DNA from: Catajapyx aquilonaris
Taxonomy: Eukaryota
Direction of reading: 5' to 3'
Assembly (NCBI GenBank): GCA_000934665.2
Contig: KZ539156.1
Location: 1 to 32,128, forward strand
Length of the DNA: 32,128 bases
A program made the translations under genes and the position numbers. A model generated the notes under the pieces. It was not told the origin of the DNA and did no database searches. It saw nothing but the letters and a program-made list of their open reading frames with translations. Shown piece by piece: positions 1 through 11,000 of this stretch (within the stretch, counting starts at the first letter, position 1; every line of letters starts with the position of its first letter).

Positions 1-462
1 ATATTTTTTGAGTATCGAAAGTCGATATGCAATTTCGGATATCGCACAGCCCTACCTATCGGTGAGGTCGAAATTTTATGATTTGACCTCTGCCCTCAAA
101 ATTGGGTCACGAGGTCATTTTGATCAGGTAACTACGTAGAGGTGCGTTTTTCATCTCTTGGTGTGGGCTACCAATGGACCGAATTTGAAAAAAATTGGTG
201 AGGTCATAAAATTTCCGGAAAAGGGGGAAAAAAAACTCAGGCCCTGGGGTAATGCAATCCCTCAAAACCATCAAAGGGTTAAACTTACTAAAACAATACT
301 TTTACAATTTTTAGTGTAATAGAGCACGGTGTAATTTTATCACGCACATTTCTGGCTTGCCATCGATACATTCGCGAAGTAATTCGGATTATAAACGGCC
401 GAGATAACAGAGGTGTGCAATTAACTTAATTATGATTACACAAATGGCGATCTCTACGTTTC

Positions 463-465
<3 letters not shown>

Positions 466-542
<77 letters not shown>

Positions 543-794
543 GATACCCCGTGATAGGCCCCTTGGGCCTCTTAGGGGATCATCATCTTTTGAATAACCG
601 ATTTTGATCATTTGCCTGTAATGTGACGGATTTTGATAGTGGGAGGAAACGAGAGAACCCCGAGAAACCCCACGCGAACACGGAGAGAACCCATCGAAAC
701 TCTATCCACATAAGTATCCTCCGTCCGACCCGGGGATCGAACTCGGGACCTTAGAGGTGGAAGGCTGCGGCGCTAACCGCTCGGCCACCGTGTC
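466..794 (-). mobile_element. tRNA-derived V-domain SINE (family A) with a (TTA)n tail
   Basis: Minus strand has A box TGGCCGAGCGG, B box GAGTTCGATCC, V-domain-like GTTCTCTCCGTGTTCGCGTGGGGTTTCTC...GTTTCCTCCCAC and a microsatellite tail at 466-540. Confidence 0.85.
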
Positions 795-2326
795 TGCGTA
801 ACGTCTGCAACTGTAGTAAAAAATTGACACCTTTCCGCCTTCTTTTTGTGATCAAAAATTAGAGACTGACGATATAGGAAAACAACTCGCATATATGTAA
901 CGTGCATATAAACACGCTTTCGAACGACATATAACTTTATTTTTTTGAATCATTTGCCTGCCAGGAGTTGTTTCGAGTCAAACACAGGAGTCTATTAAAT
1001 AAACGGATAGTATAGTATAGCTGGGTCATCCATATAGTATATTGGGAGGTGACACTATAAGCGTATATGCCATCATGGACAACAACGTCATTAAGTTATA
1101 ATAATAAAGTCATCATTATTTACTCATAACTCATTGGAGTAACACACATTTTACAATGAGATTTTGTTAAATAACTCAGTCCATAAACTTTTCCGAAATA
1201 AATACAGTATAACTTCATCGACCTACAGAACCTCATGTCCTAACTCATGAAGTGCTATAGTGAACATCAGAATGTTGCATTTTAGTCGAAAGGGCACCAT
1301 GCCATCCTGATGGTATATGGCTCTCTCTGAGGTCGATTTTCTTTGTTGGTCATCCAGTGGACACGCTGGGATAGCCACTTCTGCAAAATACATTATTACA
1401 TACCATGAATAGCAAACTAAGAATATAGTAGAGTCATACGCTCCATCTGAATGACTCAAGAGATCAAGGGCCGATGTCTGTCTGGACTTGAACCCTTGTT
1501 CTATTGCGTTATTAAACTTCATAAATTATGAAGACTATTGACAAAACTAAATTAAGGCCTATTGTTAGAAACCCAGCAAGTATTCCTCAGAGGATGGCTA
1601 AAGATAGCCTCAATCACGCTAACCAGACTGGTGCGGTTTTACCTGAGTGGTAGCCGGAGACGTTAGTGTAATACTGTGTCATGTACAGAATTCCGCAGTG
1701 CTCAAGATTCCAGTTTAAGAGGATGATAAATTATGAATTGTTTATTCCAGCAGCCAAATTAAAGGGAAGCAACCCGTTATTGAAAGAAATAATCAGCAAG
1801 TTCACTTGTCAAGATTGTTTCTTCTTTTTGAACATGTAGGCGAATGTAGCCTATACTGTAACTTATAAAGCACTGAACTCCAGATGACACATTGTAGGCT
1901 ACAGAGAACGTCCCTCCTCCGACCTAATAGGGGAATACGGTGGGTAATGTGATATAAAAAATGTACCATTTTGCAGAACACTTCAAAACCTTCTTAGTAA
2001 TATGACTAATATCTTCAGGCGTGTTGGAACGGATGGGAAGAAGTGGTAGAGGGCGACAGGGATGCATGCTGGGAAAAGCGGCGGGCCTTGTTCAGCTTCG
2101 ATGACACGAGTGTGTTTTCACTTTCATCATCGCATACAAACTCTATTTATGCCACAAAGATGACTTTACCGGCATGTATTTAACTCGCGGAGTTCTCATG
2201 ATCAAGGTGCTGAAACTTCTGGTCATGTTAAAATGGACAAAACCCCAAAACGATGGTTACGACGACGAACGAGTTACTTGGCCATAACATTACAACAAAT
2301 ATCATTTTCATATTGATTTGAACTAA

Positions 2327-3000
2327 CAAGGGAACGGTCAGGGTTGGGAACCTCCGATTTGGTTGAAACTGGCGTGAGGGGTCATTCATGTGCGATAGAC
2401 ACAGTGGTGAAAGTGTTAGCTCGCAACGTCCAGCCGTTTCCGAGATATGAGCGACAGTAACATCCGAATTTTGGTCGCGCGCATTTGCCGGGAGCCGCTC
2501 TGCCAGCTCCAAATCCCTTCTACCTTGATTCCCCCCACTTTTTTCGATTCCACACCACCATCCCCCACTCCCCCACCAACATTTTCGTTTTCCATAGTTT
2601 CTTTGCTCCGGTATTTATTATGAGACCATCAAGCTACTTTCTTTCGCTTCTGTCAACTGCGAATAAAGAGCTTCTATACCTAAAATTGGGTAATGGGTAA
2701 AACTCATAATAAATACCGGAGCAAAGAAACTATGGAAAACGAAATTGTTGGTGGGGGAGTGGGGGATGGTGGTGTGGGATCGAAAAAAGTGGGGGGAATC
2801 AAGGTAGAAGGGATTTGGAGCTGGCAGAGCGGCTCCCGGCAAATGCGCGCGACCAAAATTCGGATGTTACTGTCGCTCATATCTCGGAAACGGCTGGACG
2901 TTGCGAGCTAACACTTTCACCACTGTGTCTATCGCACATGAATGACCCCTCACGCCAGTTTCAACCAAATCGGAGGTTCCCAACCCTGACCGTTCCCTTG
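2327..3000. mobile_element. Foldback MITE with about 295-bp near-perfect inverted arms and an 80-bp spacer
   Basis: 2327-2622 is the reverse complement of 2703-3000, which explains the mirrored ORFs in the track. TAA flanks both ends (possible Harbinger-type TSD). Confidence 0.85.
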
Positions 3001-3021
3001 TAAGTTATATGCCTTTGTTAT

Positions 3022-3353
3022 GGGGAGACGAAGTTGCCCTGCGGAAATGTATATGCGCCCACGGATGTTAAGGTCCCTGCATGGTTCGATCCCAGCCCGG
3101 GGACATCCCCTTCATCTCGTGCAGAGTTGGGTCTTCTCTGGCTTCGTTTCGGGTGGAATCTCCTCAGACTAATCCACCCGGGGGAGTTCACAAAATGTAC
3201 CGTTTATTGAGAATTGCACTTGCACCTTGCATATCCCCTCCTGTCATCCTGCCCGTGGGCCCGGGCGCTTCGCAAAAAGGTTCCAAAATTGTACGACGAC
3301 ACAATAAAGGTCCGTGCTGAATACCGTAAGGTCAAGCACTACCCCCAGGATTA

Positions 3354-3447
<94 letters not shown>
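3022..3447 (+). mobile_element. tRNA-derived SINE (family B) with an (ATT)n tail
   Basis: B box GGTTCGATCCC; body shared with 4349-4646 and 27339-27668; long ATT tail. Confidence 0.85.
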
Positions 3448-3450
<3 letters not shown>

Positions 3451-3854
3451 CTGGGTATACGAATAATATTTTGTTTGGAGAAGGTCAACTGCATCTGCAT
3501 TAATCGATCAAGCTCCCCTTTTCCTTTTGTAAGACTTCCAGAATTAATATCTTGGAAGTAGTTCAATTGGAATAATAATAATAATAATAATAATAATATT
3601 GTCCCATTTCCCCAAATTCTAAATGTTGGTTATAAAAATAGACAACAGTAGGATTATCACGTAATCTGTGTCAATTCATATAAAGTGCAATATTATCAGC
3701 GGTGGTCAGCATGGTAAATGCTACATGAAAAGTCAACAACTCAAAGGTTGTGATGTTGTGGTCACACGTTTACTTAGGATTAATGTCAGTATGAAACAAG
3801 GGATTATGGCACAGCACATGTGCGTCGTAATGGTTGGAGGGGTAGAATCTTTTT

Positions 3855-4320
3855 GTTGTCTATGTGCAAAGTTTGCACTCCAATCTTTCATGTGGAGTGC
3901 AAATTACTTACTTGGAGTGCGTAATTTTTAATTACTGAATGTATCAATGTTAAGCAGGACTAACTGTGCACTGTAAGAAATTGCGAGTATTTTTCCACTC
4001 GTTTTGAGTGAAAATTACTTTTTTTCTCTTGAGTGATTTTCACTCAGAATGAGTAATCATTTCAATCACTGAAAGAGTATATAGTCTTTCACTTATTTTC
4101 ACTATTCTTTCGAGTAATATTCCACTCGATTTGAGTTAAAGTAAATATTTGCCAAGGGAAATTCACTCAAAAATAGCATTTTCGAAAGTGCTCATTTTTG
4201 AGTGCAATTTTCACTCGAAAATCTTTCGAGAGTGGAGTGCAAACTTTGCACTCCAAGTCTCAGTTTGGAGTGCATATAACAATTTTGGAGTTCAAATTGC
4301 ACTTTTGCATCCGAATATTT
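3855..4320. repeat. Array of short GAGTG...CACTC palindromes; probable EnSpm/CACTA-like non-autonomous remnant
   Basis: Repeated gagtg-n-cactc and gtgcaaactttgcac motifs; CACTGTAAGAAA terminus-like sequence near 3969. Confidence 0.45.
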
Positions 4321-4348
4321 CGACCCCTGTGGTCGCTGCTGCCGGATA

Positions 4349-4646
4349 GATTTTTAATTTTTTTAAGTGTGCTCCGTGATAGGGCCCGAGGCCCTCTTGG
4401 TGGGGTGGAATACCACCATAGGGTGACTGAGAGGGGATGTGCAAAGTGCAAGTGCAATGTCGTTGCTTGGTCATTTTGTGAACTCCCCCCGGGTGGATTA
4501 GTCTATAGCGGAGATTCCACCCGAGACGAAGCCAGAGATGGCCCAACTTTGCACGATATGAAGGGGGGATGCCCGGGCTTGGGATCGAACCCGGGACCTT
4601 AACATCCGTGGGCGCATACGTTACCGCAGCGCCAGTCCGTCTCCGC
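4349..4646 (-). mobile_element. SINE with family B head and body but a different tail; 11-bp TSD
   Basis: TSD gctgccggata at 4338-4348 and 4647-4657; ggatcgaacccggg is the reverse B box. Confidence 0.88.
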
Positions 4647-5051
4647 GCTGCCGGATATTGTCTCAGGTAGAGAAGAGCAATTCAACAAGAGTATATTATA
4701 GCCGATTATAGCCCACAATATGCACCACTAGTGCACCCGTAGGCCGTAGCCAAAATTTGGCAAAACCTGCAATTCCCCGCCGGCCACCTATACCCAGCCA
4801 CCCTTCCCCCCGGCCTGATGATTTAGTGGAGTGACCAGAAGGTGACAGCACTCACCAAGGCCGCCTACCTCCATCCGCCCCACCTACCGGAGCTTTCCAG
4901 ACAGAGGGAAGACAAAAATAATAAGGCGATTATTATAGGAGGAATAAGATTGAACAAAACTGACTCCTTGCATTGAAGAGAACTGTTACTTATTCCCTTC
5001 TGATAATGGCCAGTGAAGCAATAAAATGATAGTATACAATCTACACTCACT

Positions 5052-5432
5052 TTAAAAATCAGTCACATATGATTCATTCTGGTTGTCCTCCTCATGGTCA
5101 TTTTTGCTTTCTGGAGATATGATTTCTTGGGTGGTTTGGCTCTGCATAAGTGAGTCTTCCGAGTTGGTTGTCGTGCCAGAAGGTTCTGGAGCATCGACAT
5201 CTTCCTGACTATCATGTTTGTCCAAGTTTTCATCCCACAAGTTAGCCCTTTGCCTCTTCTTCTGCTTGAACCGGCCAGATCTCGACACAGACATCCGGCG
5301 CTCGTTCATGCTACCGATGGGCATCATCTCGCCATCATCAGTGGCATCTCGACTTTTGACCTCCTCAGGAGGAGCACCATTCGTCACTTTGGCCTCTTTC
5401 TTGCGTCCAAACAGCTTGAACAAGTTGGACAT
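5052..5432 (-). CDS. Small intronless protein (126 aa), PRR15/PRR15L (ATAD4-family)-like
   Basis: Clean ORF with protein-like composition. N-terminal FKLFGRKK and MSVSRSGRFKQKKRQRA resemble PRR15 KISRSGRFKEKRKVRA (recalled, not searched). Acidic tail and upstream TATA box. Confidence 0.75.
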   Translation of the reverse strand: MSNLFKLFGRKKEAKVTNGAPPEEVKSRDATDDGEMMPIGSMNERRMSVSRSGRFKQKKRQRANLWDENLDKHDSQEDVDAPEPSGTTTNSEDSLMQSQTTQEIISPESKNDHEEDNQNESYVTDF

Positions 5433-5568
5433 GTCCGCTACAGCAGCCTTACTGCGATACTCAGGTGTACATGCTTTCCTGGTTCCGTGTTAGTCTTATC
5501 GAAAAGAGCAGCCCCCTTGACATTGGCGTTATCTGTTCTCTAGCACAAATTATTATCATGCTTATCTC

Positions 5569-5576
5569 CTTTTATA
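5569..5576 (-). promoter_or_regulatory. TATA box (TATAAAAG) of the PRR15-like gene
   Basis: Consensus TATAAAAG on the minus strand about 140 bp upstream of the ATG; predicts a start site near 5545. Confidence 0.5.
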
Positions 5577-5835
5577 ATCAATACTGGACCGCTCCTATGC
5601 ATTTGCTCTTTTGTGCAGGCAATCGACAAATAAATTATTTAGTCATCATGTTATATTATTGCGTCAGATGTGCGTTTTTAGTTCACAATAAATTGAGTCA
5701 TTCCATGTCAATCCTGTATAAATAATGGTGGTGGCTCGACCCCTTATTCCGATACAACTGAAAAAAAAATCAGGTAGGTAGGTTATTGGGAAATCCTAAA
5801 TTTGAGACCTGTGGAGTAAAATATCGCGGAGATAT

Positions 5836-7241
5836 AACAATGGAAAGTTCAACAATGACGTCAATAGCTAGGGCCCTATAAAGTATTTTAACTGTTTAGA
5901 GACTTTATACTGTTCTCTGTGCTCCCAACACCAACATATAGCCTAAATCAAATGGAAGGTAATGCAGAGGAGAATAACATTGTAAATATTCAACCTAACT
6001 CGAAAAAGGGCATTGAAAAGAAAATCGAAATATATGTGTAAATCACTCTATTGTTGCAGATGTTGCAAGCCCCTATTGCGATAGGCCACACGTGTAGTTA
6101 CCTTGCCACATTAGGCATTCCAAGCTGACTTAGGGTTTCCTCATATTGCCAGGCACAGCCAGTAGCCTATATAAGTCCGCGATGTTCAAATCAAAGGCAG
6201 TCCCTATTTAGGCACGGGCATCTCACATTGGCCTGATGTAGTCTTTTCATAAATACCCGTAAGGCTGGCCCTAAGCCAGGCCCCAGAAAGCTGAGATGAC
6301 GTAGCCGACTTTAATATTAGAAACTGTAACTTCGCATTCTTGTAAATACATTCGTTTTGCTGTTAAGAATAAGTCTGTCGAGTTTGAGTACGAATGAACC
6401 CGATACCCAGTTCCCAAAACATGGGGTAACAATAATTCCCGATAGCCGTAACTCACAACATTATGATTTAAGTGGTATTTCAGATAATTATAGGCTATGA
6501 GGCGCTTATTAGAACAATAAGTGGCCCAAGTCGCAAAAAATAAAGCTACTAAAACTGGCCTGTAATGCACCATGGCGTAGGCAATTCTCATTGGAGAATA
6601 AATAAGATTATGCGAACTAGTGGCCAAATGTCCAACTTATAGGACTTAGGCATACATTAATTTTGCACCAACTTGGAGTAGCCTTCTGATCGTGATGGCG
6701 GTCGTATCTGGAAAGTAGCAAAATGTTATACTTGGGCCACTTTTGTTCTAAGCGCTAAATGCACATGAAAAACTTTATTGTGATAGGTCACGCAGGGTTG
6801 GAAATAATAAATCCCGAAAATATGAACCACCGAATTTCGCAAATTTTCGAACTCAAATTTCTCGAGGTGGGGCTGGACCAATTATGACTTTTGGTATCGT
6901 ATGTCAAGAGATTCTTTGGATCATCCCCCATTCAGAAATGCATGAACCATTCTTTACCCGTGAGCGATAATTGACCAGCAAATTTTCAAACCTATGGGTG
7001 CATAAGGCAACAATGGAAAGTTCAACATGACGCGGTCATTAAAGTATTTGTAACTGTTCAGACCGTTCTCCAAACACCAACATGTTATATATCAAATGGA
7101 AGGTAATGCAGAGAGGAATAACATGGTTACAAAATATTCGACCTAACTCGCAAAACGACAGTGAAAAGAATATATTCGCAAATTATTGTGTAAATCATGC
7201 ACTCTATTCCCGATATCCGTAACTCATAACATTATGATTTT
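5836..7241. repeat. Diverged direct duplication of about 230 bp (5836-6051 plus 6435-6470, versus 7009-7241)
   Basis: Shared aacaatggaaagttcaaca, caaatggaaggtaatgcagag and attcccgata.ccgtaactca.aacattatgattt blocks. Confidence 0.75.
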
Positions 7242-7354
7242 AACAAAGTGATATTTAGGATGCAGGGCAATCACCGTTGCGCGTTGCCTAAATGCACAAT
7301 CTATGCAATTAACCTATCTCACGACGAGGTTGCTGGCCTCGCGCAAGGGTCTCG

Positions 7355-7814
7355 CAGCGTTGCCAACTTGTATGGTAGGCTAATTGTGGGGGCGGTGTAC
7401 GGTAATGACATTGTACGGTTTACGGTAAAATCGCTTTTGTGTAGCTACTCAAAATAAAATAAAATAAAATAATATCCGACGTGGGTACAGTATAGGAGGA
7501 TTCCACTGTTCTCTGTCAGTTACATTCACCTAAGCTTGTGCGACCTTGAACCAAAATTTTTTTTTCCCGCTGTGCTCGCTTTACCTTTTGCGGCCCGGCC
7601 CATTGATGCAGCGGGTTGCACATGCTTTTTGTCCGATTCTGACAATTCCTTAGACATATTTACCTGTTTCTAATATTTTTTCCCTAATGTTTCATAATTA
7701 TTCACAAAATGCCATGTCTTAAAATGTACAGTAATTTTAGGCGAAATACGGTGATTTTGACTCTAGTGGTACGGTACCTTCTACGGCAGTCTACGGGTGA
7801 GGTTGGCAACGCTG
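7355..7814. mobile_element. hAT-type MITE with a perfect 8-bp TSD, just upstream of SPPL2
   Basis: TIRs CAGCGTTGCCAAC / GTTGGCAACGCTG; TSD gggtctcg at 7347-7354 and 7815-7822; subterminal tacgg repeats. Confidence 0.9.
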
Positions 7815-7937
7815 GGGTCTCGCCTTTCGCTATTGGCAACGCTGAACTGACGCGACGGAGAAGTCATTTGTTTATTGGACCTCTCTGGCCGTCTCTGGCT
7901 GAGGACATGCGTGGGTAACTAGCTAAAATTTTTTGTG

Positions 7938-8000
7938 ATGGCACTGCAAATGGTGCTCTTCGCTTGCACCTTGGCTCTTTTATTGGCCTGTGATGTCCAG
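7938..8000 (+). CDS. SPPL2: SPPL2 coding exon 1, signal peptide (MALQMVLFACTLALLLACDVQ)
   Basis: ATG, hydrophobic core and consensus donor CAG|GTAAGT. Phase 0 joins exon 2. Confidence 0.8.
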
Positions 8001-11000
8001 GTAAGTTATTGCACGTATGGATAACCAATGTGTTTTATGTGTTTGGTTTATGGATTGCTGCTGCATACCAGTTCTGGAATACTTTTTGCAAAATATGTTT
8101 ATCATTTTCAAGTGGTGGTATTTTAATTTTATTGTGTAGCTTTCAACAATGGCAGGGCAACTGGGGGCTGGAGACTTATCAAATATTAGTAGTATAGGGG
8201 GACCCTCCACTATAATAACTTCCTCCTGCCATTGTGTCCAGCGGTACTGGCAGGGCTGTATTAAGGCCTATGTGAGCCCCGGGGGTACTGATATTTGTGT
8301 GGGCTCCTACGATGCGGACTTGCATCAGGAATAACGCAGCTGCCAAATCAGCCTCCCACTATATACCAGGCTGAAACAGCCATTGCAAAGAATATACTAT
8401 ATGTCACGTAATGCCACAGTATTTAATTATGAGGTTATTCTATGTGTATAAGGCTACTATCACAAAAAATGTCGAGACAAACTGGTTCACATTACTATTA
8501 ACGAGCACTAGCAAAGGTCAAGAAAAAAGAGCTCATCAGCCACCGTTACAAGTGCCTACAGTATACGCTTATGGACAGAGCTTATTCGCGAGACCCACGG
8601 CCTGTAGAGGCGCTGAAGTCAAATCCAAGATGGACGACAGGGGGGGTACTCGAGCAGGCAGCAGACAGGGCATGAGCTTGGCAAGAGGCAGGGAGAGCAG
8701 CAGACAGGGCTGAGCACGCGCTATGTGGGCAGGGAGGGGGCCAGGGTGGGCAGGTGGGGCAGGCCCTGGGCCGAGGCAGAGAGGTAGCCGAGCCGGCACC
8801 TACGCAAATAGCGGGGAGAGGGCTCGGCTGTATAGGGGTTAGGGGAGTGGGTCCAGACGTGCATGGTGACATTTGGGAATTAATTGCGGCCAAACTAGAG
8901 GTTGGAGGAGGCTGACAATGCTCCCGTCATCGAGAGGAGATTTCGATTGTTCCGACGACGTCCGCAATTAAATAAATATCCACGGGTTATTTTACGGGGG
9001 AATTAAATAGGAAATATCTCGGCAGCTGGCAGGCTGCTGTAACCGTATGGGTCCAGGGGTGCATGTTGACCTTTGGGAATTAATTGTGTCCAAACTAGAG
9101 ATCGGAAGAGGGTGAGAATGCTTCCGTCGTCGAGAGGAGATTTCGACTGTCCTGACGACGTCCAATTTAGTATTACAGACCGGGCGGCTAATTTATGGGG
9201 GAATTAAATAGCTTATATCACGACAAAAACCGCTGGACAAAAGAGGTCTGCTTGACTGTAACCGCGTCTGGGTCCAGAATGCAGAGTGACCGTTGGGAAT
9301 TAATTGCGGCAAAACTAGGGGTTGTATGTGTGTGACAGTGCCCTCGTCGTTGAGAGGAGATTTCAAATGTTCCAACGACGACAGTATTTGCTATAAATGC
9401 CCACTGGTTATTTTACGGAAGAATTAAATAGGGAATATCCCTAGAAATCTCTGGACGAGAGAGGTCTGGCCGACTGTAACCGTATGAGTTCAAAATGCAG
9501 GGTGATCTTTGAGAATTAATTGCGGGCAAACTAGGATTCGGAAAAGGGTGACAGTGTCCCCAACGTTGAGAGGAGATTTCGATTGTCCTGACAATGTCCA
9601 TAAGTAAAATAAATTCCTACGAGTAATTCTGCTGGGTAATTTAATAGCTAATTTCTCGACAAAAAGTGGGGATTTGTCTCTGGACGACGTGACGCAACGT
9701 CTGATACTTATGGACGTCGCGACGCCCACAAATAGCAGTCCCGCTCATAAAGAATGGCATGACTCTATGGACGAAATGCTCATCCACAATGCCCAGCAGT
9801 TTTCCCTACCTTATTTCGACGTGACCCTAAGGATAACCTTTTCTGGATCTCTGGTTACTCGTATGACCCATCCCGAATTTTAAATAAAATTTTTAATTAC
9901 GGTACCAAAATGTTCAACGGTAAACTAAACAACGAGCTGACGTCAAGGTTTCCACGGAAATATCCTCACAGGAGACGGAACAATATGAGTAAACAGTGTC
10001 AACAAAAAAGCAACAATGTAAGAAACGATGACGTCAGATCGTCGTTTAGTTTTCCGCACTATACAAGGCTTTACGTAGATTTTATGTGAATTTTCTCCCT
10101 AAAATTTTCCCACTTTGACTTGTTTTTTTCTTATATTTTTTTACCTTATTTTGATTCCCCTTTCCCCGACTTCCATGAGACACTTTTATAAACATGCAGG
10201 TAACCCAGGGGTTGGGAACAGGATAAACATTTCGCCCATATATCGAGTCATACCATTCTAGCTATGAGTGGCAGCAGGTGGCAGGCTACTGATACATAAG
10301 AACTTCGAGTTTCATCCCACCACGTAACATAATTTGTCACTTGTCACCACTTCACTCCCTTTTTCCTCGTTCCCACGCATGGCTGGACTAGGAGAGCAAC
10401 CCCCCTTGTCTGCCATGAATGAGCTTCTGAGACAGCCGCCAGGTGTCAGCCACTTCTACGGGTCTTCCCAATTAAGTAATTTTGAGAACTGCACAGAAGG
10501 CATGATGAACTTGTCGTAATAGGTGAAATGAGAAAGTGGGAATATGCCCTCCACAGGTTAAATTAATTTTTAAGTTCCAGGTCACACAAGCTTAGGTGAA
10601 TGTAACTGACAGCTATTGTCAGCCCCCTGACACATCCAGCCTAGCCCTGTGTTTACAGTTGTTTAATATAAAAGTCTCCACCATGCGAAGAATTTGGCGC
10701 TGGTGCACCCCTCAGACATCTACTGGGGGGTAGGTTTGGGTTGGCCACTTTCGAAACCAACCCAAACCATCCTTTCCTCAGAGGGCGTTTGCAGACTAGT
10801 ATTCGGGTAGCTGGCAGCAGTAGATGGCTGTGGAGGCGCGCCAGCGCCTAATTCCCTGCATAGCGGAGACTTTTATATTAAACTTCCGTATCGTATGTGT
10901 GTCAGGGGGCTGGCTATTATCATCGATAATTAATTTTTCGGGTCACCTGTACTACCAGATGATTATATACCTGTTGGAAGGGGTCCTGGTGCAGAGGGGC

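Noticed and set aside
426..611. Poly-Tyr ORFs (also 3214-3561) and YIYI ORFs near 24800-25070
   Set aside because: Translations of SINE tails, microsatellites and an N gap.
720..794. tRNA genes at the A/B-box sites (also 3030-3100, 4575-4646, 12300-12372)
   Set aside because: These are SINE heads attached to bodies, tails and TSDs; no convincing cloverleaf.
1240..1600. Possible decayed LINE ORF2 fragment (MLHFSRK..., LKR...ALLNF)
   Set aside because: Too degenerate to support without BLASTX.
2228..3003. Duplicated ORFs MELAERLP... / MPGAALP... on both strands
   Set aside because: A consequence of the foldback repeat; no protein-like features.
5214..5543. Plus-strand ORFs overlapping the PRR15-like gene
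   Set aside because: Antisense shadows with no recognisable motifs.
8820..9660. CRISPR-like periodicity
   Set aside because: Eukaryotic intron, period about 210 bp, homologous linkers and no cas genes.
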